NCBI RefSeq assembly: GCF_006345805.1
Contig: NC_042999.1
Location: forward strand, 130,262,001-130,326,000
DNA from: Octopus sinensis
Taxonomy: Eukaryota
Reading direction: 5' to 3'
Length of the DNA stretch: 64,000 nucleotides
Shown here: piece after piece, positions 37,310 to 50,200 of the stretch
How positions within the stretch are numbered: the stretch's first letter is position 1
Layout of the letters: each line of letters opens with the position of its first letter
Notes under the pieces: generated by a model
Seen by the model: only the letters and a program-made list of their open reading frames with translations
What the model was told of the DNA's origin: nothing
The model's database searches: none
Translations under genes and position numbers: made by a program

Positions 37310-37726
37310 TGAATATCTCGTCAAGCCACTCACGGTTTGCAAACTCAGAAGTGCTGACGACACTTGAGCTCTGAGAATGCTTGTTTCTTTTGGTTATGAA
37401 AGAGATATTGCCTCCAAATTTATATTTGACCTTTAATACTAAGAGCCTTCCCACGTTCAGCGGCTAGATCTGCGAGAAGGACGTGTCAGTTCGGAATCTG
37501 CCAAGTTAATGTTATTGATACGCCTGAGAAAGAAATAAGAAAGAGAAAATAAGTTTGGCCGTTTTCTGTCAATAGGGTCCTAAAGGTGTGTTGACAAATA
37601 CCTGGACCCATCGCCCTCCTTTCCTTGCTCGGTGCGTGTATGTACGAGAGAGAGAGACAGAGAGATCATTACTATATATATGTATGTGTTTTATGCGTTT
37701 GTTTACACGTACACACAGATAAATGG

Positions 37727-37759
<33 letters not shown>

Positions 37760-37929
37760 TAGATAGATAGATAGATAAGTAGGTAGGTAGGTAGATAGAT
37801 ATAATATGATTAGCCAAATTATGAGTACTTAATTTCCCGTTGCACGCAAAATATGCAACCAGTTACTGGCCAATAAGTTAAATTCGAATCATTGTAATTC
37901 TGTATAAATTATTCGTAACAGAATATTTA

Positions 37930-38325
37930 TCTTCTTTATATATAAAAGTAAGGTTGTGTGCTGTCTGTCTCCCTCGATTTAGATTCCTAACTACTCCCAC
38001 ATTTTGCAGTGCAGTTTAACCAAAACCGGGTATCTTATAGTCGTGATTCATATCGAGCCCTTCTGGGTATTAGCGCGCGTCTACGATGAGTCTACGATTT
38101 AAAAAAATTTACCATCAATTTTCCCCATTTTTAATGCATTTTTGGCATATATAAGGGTAGTAACTCTCTAAAAATTTATTATTAAATCTCAGAACGTAAA
38201 AAGCTACAGTAACACCCCCCTTTGTGGTTAGCCATATTGAGATGGCTATTATACTTTACATCTCTAAAAATGCTTATATAGTTATTTCCCTTACAAACCC
38301 GAGCAACGCCGGGCGATACTGCTAG
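37930..38325 (+). mobile_element. Non-autonomous Helitron
   Basis: 5' TC(TTCTTTATATATAAAAG) after an A; 3' hairpin CCCGAGCAACGCCGGG (38298-38313), 8-nt spacer, then CTAG followed by T. A|T insertion without TSD. Confidence 0.88.
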
Positions 38326-38989
38326 TATATAATATATATTGTGTGCACGCGTGCTTAAAATATTACTTGAGTTTTAACAACTTATTATAAAACGAAAGGC
38401 AAATACGCAAGTGGATGTGAATGTGTGCGTGCGTATCTAGATCTGTGCGTGTTACTGTAATAGATATAGCTCTTTCATGTCTCATCCTTTATATTTAAAG
38501 TAACTTTGCAATTAAACTGACAACTATGATTTATACTTATAATATTACTTATACTCATATTATTACTGAGCTAAAAAAAACTTTGTCCATTAATTATATT
38601 TCAATGAAAGTGAATTTGAATTTAATTTCTTATTTAAAGTCTGCTCGTCTGCTTGTCTGGAGTGGTAGTAGTTACTGGCACTGTTTACAAACAAGAAGCA
38701 TATTATTTTCGATCAGGACCATCATAGATTAAATAATCTTTTAGATATATATCTAGATACAAATATAAATCTTTTAGATATATATATACTAAGAAAAAAA
38801 AGCAATGGTAATTTGTTAAATATCAGCATGCTGCATTTTCTTGAGTCTTCTCACTCAGTGGCCTCCATCAACACGAGGTTCTTCGCCTTAAAGATTCACT
38901 TTAGAATACTACTTCCAATAAGGAGGAAGTTGGGACAGCCTTATGTATAACATAGCAAGTGCAATGAATTTAAATGGTGTATACTCTCT

Positions 38990-39322
38990 TTTCTCTTTTA
39001 CTTGTTCCAGTCATGTGACTGTGGCCATGCTGGAGCACCGCATTTAGTCGAGCAAATCGACCCCAGGACTTATTCTTTGTAAGCCTAGTACTTATTCTAT
39101 CGTTCTCTTTTGCCGAACCGCTAAGTCACGGGAACGTAAATACACCAGCATCGGTTGTAAAGCTATGTTGGGGGAGACAGACACAAACATACACACACAA
39201 ACATACACACACATACATACATATATATGACGAGCTTCTTTCAGTTTCCGTCTCCCAAATCCACTCTGGAACCATGTGGTTCGTAAGCAAGCTACTTACC
39301 ACACAGCCACTCCTACGCCTAT
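38990..39322 (-). mobile_element. SINE family B copy with internal deletion
   Basis: Matches 17497-17770 plus 18780-18950, lacking ~70 nt of the central domain. Confidence 0.85.
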
Positions 39323-40084
39323 AAAATACCAAATGTAATTTAAGCAGTAAATGTTTAATGTTCGATAGATAACCTTTTGCTGTAGTCTTAGACACCACTA
39401 GATCGACAAGTTATTGACGGCTAGAATGCTTTTGGTCATAAGTCTGCAAGATCAGGGCTGATTTGGGGCTAAATAACAATAACGAAGCCAACAACCTCTA
39501 CGTAAATTTTTATCTTTGCTATGTAAGTGATCACTGCGATGTCTGTGGTGATGGATTCAACTATCATCATTATTATTAGCCAAATATAATTGCTAAACGA
39601 TTTCTTCTAGGGTGAAAGAAAACATCAGCTGATTAATGCGATAGGATGCGAACTTACGACTCGTCGTCTAATTCTACAATAGTTAATAATGGTGTTTAAT
39701 TTTGGTACAAGGCAGCAATTTTCAGGGAGAGTCTAGTCGATTTTCAGGTAGAGGCTAGTGCTCAACTGGTACTTATTTTATCGACCTTGAAAAAAAAGGC
39801 CAAGTCGATCTCCACTGAATTTGAACTCAGAATGTTGTTTTTAACAAATATCCCCCTAATGCAGAGAGTTATCTTTCAATCTACTTAATTATATTCTCTG
39901 AGTTAGCTACGTTGCATTAATTTGAGTCAACTCAAGCATTATATAAACAAAGATTTTCAAAAAAAATATTCAGGCGATACATAAGATCAAGAATACTCAT
40001 TATTATCTAGGATATTTTAAACAACTTATCAAATGATTACCGAACGCATTTTTGTCCGTCGCTCTAACGATTCTTTTCCACTCT

Positions 40085-40265
40085 TGGTACAAGACTCGAA
40101 ATTTTGGGGGAGGGGACCTGTCGATTAGATCTACTCCTGTACGCAACTGGTACTTAATCTATCGACCCCGAAAGGATGAAGGTCAAAGTCGACCTCGCCG
40201 GAATTTGAACTCGGAACGTAAAAACAAACGAAATACCGCCAAGCATTTCGCCCGTTGTGCTAACA
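40085..40265 (-). mobile_element. SINE family A copy
   Basis: Reverse complement of head, B box and central domain. Confidence 0.8.
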
Positions 40266-40803
40266 TTTTTGCCAGCTCGCCGTCCTAACCATAGCTAACA
40301 TTAAAAGCAGAAATGTATTGTTTGCAATCCGCAACAGCATATAATATATAGACCTTATGAAGATATATCCTATTGATTTAAAGAAAAATGTGATGCATGA
40401 CTTCAGAATAATAACCACAAATTCACAACAGGAATTTTTATTTCCGTTTCTGTTTTGTGTTTTAATGTTTAAATTGCTCAGTTGATTTATACATTTGTCA
40501 AATTCTTTTCAATAGATATAATTATGTTTGTCTTTAGATGTGACTATGTATATCACTATGTGGTCGTGCGAAACTCAGCGTTTCCTTGTATCTATGTATA
40601 TGTAGCAGTGTACATTTTCCTTAGTAAGTCCTTAACGTGAAGAGCACGGAAGAGGCGAACATATTTTATGGCCAAAGTGATAAATCTAATTGACATTTAA
40701 CAACGGTGGAAACTATTTTTTTGTTTTCTTTTGGATTGAGATTTTCGTAATGTATTGCTATTTTGCCATTTCTAATTCTTCTTTCATTTCTCTCTTTATC
40801 CAG

Positions 40804-40948
40804 TCTTTGCCGGTTTCTCAAAGCAAGAGACTGGGATATTGATATTGCCGAGAAAGCTTTGAAAGCGACTATAGAATATCGACGGACTGTCAAACCACTA
40901 GAAGTAGATTGTCAGTGGTGTCACGATATACCTGGATATCATTCAATT
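40804..40948 (+). CDS. Sec14/CRAL-TRIO domain protein, internal coding exon A (CRAL-TRIO N-terminal region)
   Basis: Polypyrimidine acceptor (tttctctctttatccAG), phase-2 entry, encodes LCRFLKARDWDIDIAEKALKATIEYRRTVKPLEVDCQWCHDIPGYHSI; donor GTGAGA at 40949. The L-x-RFL-x-AR-x-W-D...A...L...W/YR motif is the CRAL-TRIO N-terminal signature. Confidence 0.93.
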
Positions 40949-42201
40949 GTGAGATGTTTTTGATTTTACATCTAATTTCTTCTTGTTCTTCATTTTTTTT
41001 TTTTTTTGAAATATTGATTGCTAAATGGTATCATACTTTCGCTGCTCATTACACAGTGCTCATAAATCATAACCTTCTCCAGATGTGTGTGTGCGCGCGC
41101 GCGCATATTATAAGTAGCAATATCATAAAGTATTTCCTCTGATACACCTCTGTAGTAAAAAAAAAATTGTATGGTAAAGATCTTCCCTGTTGAAAAGAAA
41201 GTACAAACCATCATTCCATTATAATTTAGAGATAAGGTTCGCGAGTATTTATTGATCATAAACCTTACCAAAATAAAATATTTTAGATAATAGATCCATT
41301 TACATGTCTAAAAGGACAAATCAAGTTTTGTGTATTAAAAGGATAAACCACACGTGGGAAGCAGAATCGCTGAAGCGGTCACACGATGTGTGATGAAAGA
41401 TTTTCGGACAAAGGACAAAATATGAACAATAATAAATCTGATGAGAAGAACGAATATATACAGCATATTAAAATTATTTACAAAAGATTTTTTTAAAAGA
41501 TGTCTTGAACCAATATATAACTAACACAAAGTTAGAAGTCTTAGAGCAATTGTAATAACAGGATGCGATGCAATTATCACAAGATGTAATATTTGCGCAT
41601 AAATCACTAATACTAACTATTAGACATCCACCAGTGCACAAAATTGTCTGATAATTGCGATATCTTCCTATATTTGTTACAGTTACATGCATTAAACTTT
41701 TTTCTGATTTCTTACTTATTAGTGGTTCTTTTGCTAATAGAATCATCATCACCACAACTGTCCTGTGTCATAGGACCTGTTGCCCTTAAAAGTCTTTGTT
41801 TTAGTCAATACACTCAATTCCAAGTTTTGGAGTGTTACTTCTTCAGCTGGCATACGTACGTGAATATAGATTTAGCATAATTTAACAGGATTCCCAAAGA
41901 ATGTGTTAGCTTTTAAAACCTGATCATAAAAAGAAAGACAAATGAAAATTAGATATTTCCTCTGGTATTAGTTCGTAAAAATAAACTAGTCAGTACAACG
42001 TTTCTAAGTCTTCTTCGTTTATTTTTTTAAGGATACTGCCGTAATTTGCGTTCGGTGAGCCTTTGATAGTTGCAATAAGTTGATGTTTAAAATATTATGG
42101 ATAATAATAAATATTCTTAATCTTATGTAGCTCCTTAATACTTTTTGAAAATCTTTCTTTATATAATGTTTCAGCTGATTCAAACTAACTCGGCGAATAT
42201 A

Positions 42202-43493
42202 CGAGGGGCGTTCAATAAGTAATGCCTCTGACCCACTTGCAGTTGTTTGATCTAACTGAAATTTTGCATGTGCAATTATTCATATCTCTATAGATTAAGT
42301 GGAAAATTACAGCTCTGAACTAATTGTGGTTTCTGATTTACAGGTGTTTGAACTGAGTCAAGTGTGAAATGGAGCCTGTTGAGTGTCGGGCAGTGATCCA
42401 CTTTTTATATTTGAAAGGACGCACACCACGGGAGACTTTTGATGAAATGAAAGTAACTTATGGTGATGATGCCCCATCATATGACCTTGTAAAACGCTGG
42501 CATTGTGAATTCAAACATGGTCGGAACTCTGTGGAAACAGCTCCCAGATCTGGTCGCCCCCTACTGCTATTGATGAGGCATCTGTCCATCAAGTTCAGGC
42601 TGCCATTTTGGAAGATCGACGCATAACTATTCGCCAAATAGCCCATGAGGTCAAGATTAGTACCGGGTCTGTGGAAACCAATCATTCGTGACCATTTGCG
42701 TATGCAAAAGGTGTCTGCCATATGGATTCCCAGGTTGCTCACACCTTTCCGGAAGCAAGAACGCGTCGAGTGCTCGAGGACGAATTTGGAGATGTGCCAA
42801 GAAGATGAGTCAAAATTTTTCAAAAGACTGATTACACAGGATGAAACCTGGGTCCATCACTATGATCCAGAGACAAAAGCCCAGTCAATGCAGTGGAAGC
42901 ACCGTGACTCACCTCCTCCAAAGAAGGCAAGGGTGCAGCCCTCAGCTAGCAAGGTCATGCTCACAGTCTTCTGGGACCAGGATGGAGTAGTGATGACAGA
43001 TTTCCTGGCAAATGGTACCACAATTGCAGGAGCCTATTATGCTTCACTTTTGATGAAATTAAGAGAAGCTATCAAAATCAAGAGGCGGGGCAAGATCAGC
43101 AAAGGCATCCTCCTCCTGCAGGACAACGCTCCGGTTCACAAATCGATGGTCGCCAGATCAGAAGCACAGGCGTGCGGCTATGAACTCCTCCCCCATGCGC
43201 CTACTCTCTTGACCTTGCACCCTCGGATTTTCACCTCTTCCCAGCCATGAAGTTGTTTTTGAAAGGAAAGCGTTTCCCAGATGATGCAGCCTTGATTTCT
43301 GAAGTCACGTCGTGGCTGGAGGACCAAGCTGGGGTCTTCTACAAAAACGGTCTCCAGAGCTGCATCAAACAATGGGAGAAATGCGTAACTCTGGGTGGTT
43401 TCTAGGTAGAAAAAGACTAATAACTGTGCCAAGTTTCGTTGCTCTACTGCTATGGGAAGTGGGTCAGGGGCATTACTTATTGAACGCCCCTCG
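42202..43493 (+). mobile_element. Mariner, same family as 30132-31422, full-length, inactivated; copy B
   Basis: Same TIRs, TA duplication at 42200-01 and 43494-95, 1292 bp; D,D34D-type motifs (QDETW, QDNAP, PSDF); frameshifted. Confidence 0.97.
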
Positions 43494-44019
43494 TAATTGA
43501 TTGAAACATGACTCTCTGCATTACGGGTATATATGTTAAAAGCTAAAATCTAGATTCGTTCTAAGTAAATGATTATCTCACTACATATATTTTTATATAA
43601 ACATTTACTGTCCGTATTAACACTTGAAAGTTGTATCAGTATTAGGTATCAACCAATTAACTTCTAAACTGTGTGTATAGATTTTTAAAATAAATTTAAT
43701 TTCAAAATGTTAGTTTAGTTCCTTGTTTACTTATCTTTGAGTAGAACTATATAAGTGAAAAGCGACCGCTTTGAATTATGTTTATATTTCAAGTTTATAC
43801 GTGTATCCAAGGGTTGCATTTGCTGTCAGTTTGTGAACACACACACACACACATTTGTAGCATCTGGCTTCCACAGAATTGTCTCTGAGGAGAGTTCAAA
43901 GAGGAACTTAAAATAGTTCATTCAGTCAGTACCAAATCGCAAATAAAAAATTAATATATGCATATGTACATACTCACTCACTTACTCACACGTGTATGTA
44001 TGTGTGAGCTACATGCAAA

Positions 44020-46070
44020 TATGCGTGTGTGTACAAAAATACATAATTTAAGTGACAAAAGCAGTATCAGTAACAAAAAGTAAAATTTAAAAGTGGGTGT
44101 TTTAGAATACACAATGCTACAATATTTATCATGAGAAAATCTCATACATGTGGTTTTGTGGTGCATATGAGTACTCCTGTATACGTCGCTCGTGAGAGAC
44201 CATCACTCCTGCCAAGATTACCAGATCACGTGGTTTCGACCTTCTTAGGCCCTGTCAATGGTAGATATCTGTTTGCTGGGAATAGCCGTAACGGTCCCGC
44301 CAGTGATATACATAGAATCACAGAGCCCAATCAGGTACTGGCGTCGATAAAAGTGGGATTATTAAAAAATATAACTATATATATTTATTTATATATTTAT
44401 GTATATATATTTATATATCTATTTACATTTATTTATATATTTATATATATCTATATATATTTATATATCTATTTATATTTCTATATATTTAGTTATATAT
44501 ATTTATATTTAGATATATCAAGTAGTCGTAAAGTAAGGAAGAAGGTGGCGGAGAGGAAGAAGGAGAAGGATAAGAAGAGAAAGAATAATAAAAGAATGTG
44601 GGATGATATGATAGTAGTAGGATGTTAAATGGTCAAATGACCTAAAAGTGGGTCATTGTGGATTATAGCAGTGATTGGGACTGATTTTAATGAATCTTGG
44701 GTATCTCTTTTGAATGTATCATTTTAATATTTGCGTGTGTGGTGGTAGATATGTCATTTGTTGCAGATGCGTTCAAAAGGGGTCTGTATTTTGTGATAAA
44801 GAGAGACTCTTTACTAATTCGTTGGGTTGTATTGTCCCTGAATTGTTAGAGGGGAAGAAATCTGAATCTTGGATTTTTGTTATTGGCGCAAATGTCGATG
44901 TGTTGGCTGAATGCTATCTTTCTGGGTTTTTTTTTTATTTTGATCTGGGATCTGTGCAGAGCCACCCTTTAACGTAGACTGTTTTTTGTATGGTCTATGT
45001 ATTGCTCTTGACACCCAGAGCAGGTTAGTGCTTTTAACTCTGATCCCTCAATTAAATTGACGCATATCCCACAGCTGGGTCTTCCGCATTTTTTTTACTG
45101 ACGGCTTCAGTGTTGTTTTTAAGCGTATTCAGGATTGTGTTAGGAGAGTTGTGTATTTGGAGGATTAAGTTCATTCTGTGGTCCTTTTTTAGCAGGGTAA
45201 TGTTTTGAAGGATGGTGTCGAAGGTTTCATTGTTAAGAGGGTTGTGTGTAGAGATGTATGGTAGGGCTTTTGGTTGTAAATCCTTCTTTAATTTGGGATG
45301 TCTGAGTTCGTGGATGTTGAGTTGTAGTGCACGTTGAAAGCCTATGTGAATTAGTGAAGGTAGGTAGTTTCTGGTGATGAGTGTATCCTTTAGTTCATGT
45401 AGTCGCTTGTCTCTGGTGCTTGCATTAGAAACTATAGTACATATCCTTTTTGCTAGGTTGAAGAGAATATTCATTATGGTGTGTCTGGGGTAGCATGAGT
45501 TGAACGGTAGATATTGCTTGGAGTCCGTGGGCTTATAGTATATATCTGTTTCTATTACATTGTTAGATTTCTTAATGAGGATGTCGAGAAAAGGAAGTTG
45601 TTGATGACTATATTCCATCATGAAGTCCATTTATAAGTGCTTGAAATTCTTTAAGTCTCTCTATACTTTCATGCCAAAGAATGAAACAGTCATCCAGGTG
45701 TCTCTTCCAGTTATTTTATATGTAGAGGGAGAATGGGCTGTCATATTTTTCTAGAACCTTACGATAAAGACTAATATCCCATGACTAGGTTAGCAAAGGA
45801 GGGGGCCATTCTCGTACCCATCGCAGACCCCAATTTTTGTCATACACATACGAGTGATTCTGGGATATTTTCATTCTTCCGAATTGCATTAATAAGATAT
45901 TCGCAAACCCAAAGTTTTTTTTATGACATTTGGATAAGGTACAGCACAATGGGATGGAAACTAGAAACAGTTGCTTGCAGAATGACCTTAAGCACACAAC
46001 TAAATTATGCCTGCACACATCTGGTGCGAACATTCATTCCCCATATGTATATAATCTTTAGGTAAATTCA
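44020..46070 (-). mobile_element. Penelope-like element (PLE), 5'-truncated and decayed: RT + GIY-YIG endonuclease + 3' region with hammerhead relic
   Basis: Minus-strand frames give QKLGSAMGTRMAPSFANLVMGY (RT motif B'), RHLDDCF (YxDD-like), LPFLDILI..TDIYYKPTDSKQYL (PLE thumb), CGRPSCGIC, and TCSGCQEQYIDHT..LR*RVALHRSQI (GIY-YIG). Multiple stops and frameshifts; (TA)-rich tract 44370-44520. Ends approximate. Confidence 0.9.
44219..44263 (-). ncRNA. Degenerate minimal type I hammerhead ribozyme in the PLE 3' region
   Basis: Minus strand UACCA-UUGACAG-GGCC(UAAGAA)GGUC-GAAA-CCACGUGA-UC-UGGUA. Stems I and II and GAAA are intact; the CUGANGA box has 3 substitutions and stem III has one mismatch. 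Confidence 0.6.
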
Positions 46071-49000
46071 CAGAATCGCTAATGTTGCTTAAAAGAAAAT
46101 TTCAAATTTCCAAAAGAATATAACATTTATAACATTTGCCTGTAGGAATTTAAAACATTTGTAGAAGAGTAAATATCAATATAGTTATTACTTTTTAGTA
46201 AGTTTAATGCTCTTCATCAACCATCTATTTCAAGCTGCTTAATCAGGAAGGAATAGTAGATATTAATGATAGCTAGCTCAATTCATGACCAAGATATCTA
46301 TTAACGAGTAGATACCACAGGATAGATCAGCTAACTGAATATGATAACAGCACTATAAAACAATGTGTCACAATTCACATGGACGAGTTTACGTCTTCAG
46401 TGATTGGAGATATGATAGAAGATTTAACACCACTCTTTTTCAGTTCTATTTTCACTACAACTAAAAGGACGCGTTTGCTGAACAGTTTTGTTTGTATTTC
46501 ACGTGTAACACATCATATATTTTATCACAGTATACACAAGTTTGTCGTGGCACAGCAACTGGAGTCGACGTGTATACCAGAGTATTTAGAAAACATGAGT
46601 TTTTAATAACCGTGCAAGTGCATGAATATCCCATATATATTCCTTTGGGATAAAACGCAATGCATGCACTCATCTTAGTTTTAAAACAATTCTAATATTC
46701 GCTTTTTATAATATAACATTTTAACGTAACGTTTTAGCGCCGTATACAGTGTGCCGTGTATCGAAAAAAGTTGAAATTACTGACTTAGATCAATGCATAA
46801 CGCGGTGGGATTACAAGGAATGAGTTACATCTTGAACAAATAATTTTGTTTATATCCCACTTTGTTCTTTCCATTTCTTAAGTTCTAACTGAAATACCTG
46901 TCAAATATGTGAGTTGATAAAATAATAAGCAGTGATATACTGAATTGAGTAAATTGATTTAACATATCCGTTCCTTAGATTAAAGGTTTTGGGCCTTGTT
47001 AATTACTGATAATTGGGACATGATATGTAGATAAATAACTTAAGAAAACAACTTCAGCAAAAAAAGAAAAAGAAAACTTTGAAAATTCGATACACGGATG
47101 AATAAAACGAAGACAACTATTAAAAAAAAAAAAGAATATCCTATGAATTAGAAAATGAAATGATGGCAACCAGTCAACATCATCAGAAACCAACCAATGA
47201 AAACGATAATCATTGACAAAAGAATTGATTTTAACACTTATTACGGAAGTGGAAATGGTTCTTTGCCACAAACTCTCCGATAACATTTGACCATTTCTTT
47301 TCGTTTCTTTAAACTTGGATCAATCTTTTAAATATTCTTTTAAATTAGCTTCCATAACTTGACACTTCATTAATTCATTTCACTTGAATAACAAAACTAA
47401 AAGCAGCTGAAGCATTGCTTCTCGCTTTGATTTGACTTTCGTGTGACATTCTTTGATAGTATATGACGGTTCTGATTCTGCTAAAAGCTATTCCACTTCA
47501 AAGCTAATAACAAAATAAATTCGTTAAGAATATTTTCCTGGCATTAACTGTATAAATCAATAAGCATACGCACGTACAATATGCTTTTATACCTGTGTTC
47601 ATATGCATGATTTCTAGATTTTCAAAGTATAAACTGAAAATGAAATTCTGTAAGATTTCTTTGAAGTATTTGTGCCTTATCCTCTCTCTCGTTCTATCTT
47701 TCTTTCTTCCTTTTTCTTTCTATCTTAATTTTGTTTCTTTCTTTACTTAATACTCTTAAATTTCTTGCTTTCATCATTTCTTTATTTCCCCTTAGTATCT
47801 AATTTTTGTTCACATCGTGCGAAAGGAAGTCACCAAATTTTCTTATCACAAAGACATATTGATTGTTTATATAGCACCAATGAAGGATTAAGTCTATGTC
47901 TTAACAGATCATATCTTATTTGTTGAAGGAAGACATTTATTAAAGGTGTTCAGATCGATTTCTCACCTACAATATAAGTGAGGTCCATCGCATTCTAAGA
48001 AATTTTCAGTTACATTGATGCTTTTAGAAAAGTAAATGTGTACAAGAAATGGTTTAGACCAGTAATAGACAATAATCAGCTAAAACTACATCTGTCATCA
48101 AGTTCTAAAATATTTATGTTCCTTTTATATTGGTTTATCAGTTTTTGTTTTCATTTTAAATATTATTTGTTGAAATAAAAACTTCATCTTCTTATTGAAC
48201 AACTTGTTTAGCAGCTTCTAAATTCAAGAACATGTAGCACTTGATTTATCTCAGATTAAAATTAACGACATTTTGTTATCACGGAATTTATTTTCACAAT
48301 TCTTCTGCTACAAAACATTGAAAAAAAAAAGGAAGAAAGATAGAAAGAAAATAACAAACTTCACTTTCAATAAAACTGATATCACGTTTCTTTTGTATTA
48401 ACATATTTATTTAACACGGCTGCCAAAATTATTAAAGCGTTTCATGTTATTGATTTCAAGGGATTTTCAGTTCTGTTTGTGTGGTTTTATGTTCTGGTGT
48501 GTCCGTAAGGACGACTTACAACAAATATGCAAGTTTTCTTTACTCTCTTTTTTTTCTCTGTGTGTGTAAATTTTCTATGTAACACTTCCTCCGCGTGATT
48601 ATATATTACTCTCAACATCATTATACCAAGGACTTTTTCATAAAACGTGAACCGAATTTCAGTCCTTCCTTTCTTATTTTAATTTCATCCTACTTTTGTG
48701 GCATATACGTGACATTTGTGTGGATAAGACATCGTGTCATAATAGAGAGAAACTTTGTAGTTTAATGAACTTTTGGAAATGACATTGTTTTTGGTGTTTA
48801 ACTGTGGTCAACTCTGATTAGGCAGTAGATAGGTAGATTGATGTTGTTGATGTTTAGTCTTAATCATCTCTTTTTTTTCTTTTTCTTTTTTTCTTTTTTC
48901 CTTGAGACGTGCCTTGAATTACATTATCGAATTTTATTTTCAAAATGACCATGATGCATGATATAGGAAAGATTTGGTTGTTACTTCTAGCAGGTTCAAT

Positions 49001-49145
49001 TAACAAGGGCGCCTTGTAGGACGCGCCCTTGTTAACTATATCCACATAAATACTGATGCTGGTAACAGCACAGATAAGGAAAATAGACTTGGTTGAAATT
49101 TTCTGTTCTTTCTGGTTTGATGGGGCAAATTGGGAGTTCGAGGTA

Positions 49146-50200
49146 TATATTGGTCGGCTAAATTGTTCACTCGGTTTTTAAGCGAAAATAAGACACAAAT
49201 TTTAAACACAAAGCGACTTATTCAATCAATGATATAATTATTATTTTGTTCCAGTATCTTCTATCATTTTGTGGGTAGATCCATTATTTCCTGTTCAAAG
49301 AATTTCCTGTCTTTAGTAGCGAAAAATTCTTCCAGACTAACTTTTACATCCTCTTCAGAGTTTGTCCATGAATTTTGAAGACCGAAACCGGTGAAAATCT
49401 GAAGGCGCAAGGTCGGGCGAATATGGAGGGTATGGCAAAACTTTCCAGCCAAGCCCAAGTAACTTCCGCCGCGACTGCGAAGAAGTGTGCAATATGGCAT
49501 TGTCGTGATGAAAGACAATGTCCTTATGATTACCAAGTGCTGGACGCTTCTGGTGGATCGCTGTATTTAATTTGCCAGGCTGATCACAGTGCACATCCGA
49601 ATTGATGGCGTAAAAGACAATACTATTCCAATCCCACCATATCCTTCTTCCTGTAAAGTCCTGATTTAGAGGTTATTTGTTGCGGGTCTCGAAGCTTCCC
49701 CTTTGATCGCTTGCGCTTCACATTGTAATAGACGATTAATTTTTCGTCCCCTGTCACCATTCCTTTCACAAAGAATCGTTTTCTTCACGTTTCTTCAAGG
49801 AATCGCAGATGAAAATTCGTTGGGCGAGCCTCATTTAATTGATACTGGATCGAAACAGCGAGCCTGTGACGTAACAAAATTGATGTAGATGGTTTTCAAC
49901 ACTTAATTAAAATATTTGGGGAATATCTGCGGTCATCCAGGTCGTATAACGGGGCTTGGGGTCGCTGTTAACCTCAGCTGGCCGGCCAACGCGAGGTGCA
50001 TCTTGAACCGAAAATTTTCCCGATCGAAATCTTGAAAACTACTTCAGATACACAAGCTACATAGTGGCATTCTCTCCTTATAGAGCGCATATCTTCCAGC
50101 AGATTTCGCTGATTTCTCAACGTTTTAGAAATAAAAAATAAAAACAGTATGAGGTGTCTATAATGCTCATTTTAGTTCTCCATTTTTAAGGTGATCCCAG
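49146..50200 (-). mobile_element. Degenerate mariner transposon (third family)
   Basis: Minus-strand fragments ..QDAPRVGRPAEVN, MVTGDEK..Y.NVKRKRS and IVFHHDNA..H.S....KLLGLGWKVLPYPPYSPDLAPSDFH; one TIR-like end at ~49146-49180. Confidence 0.85.
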
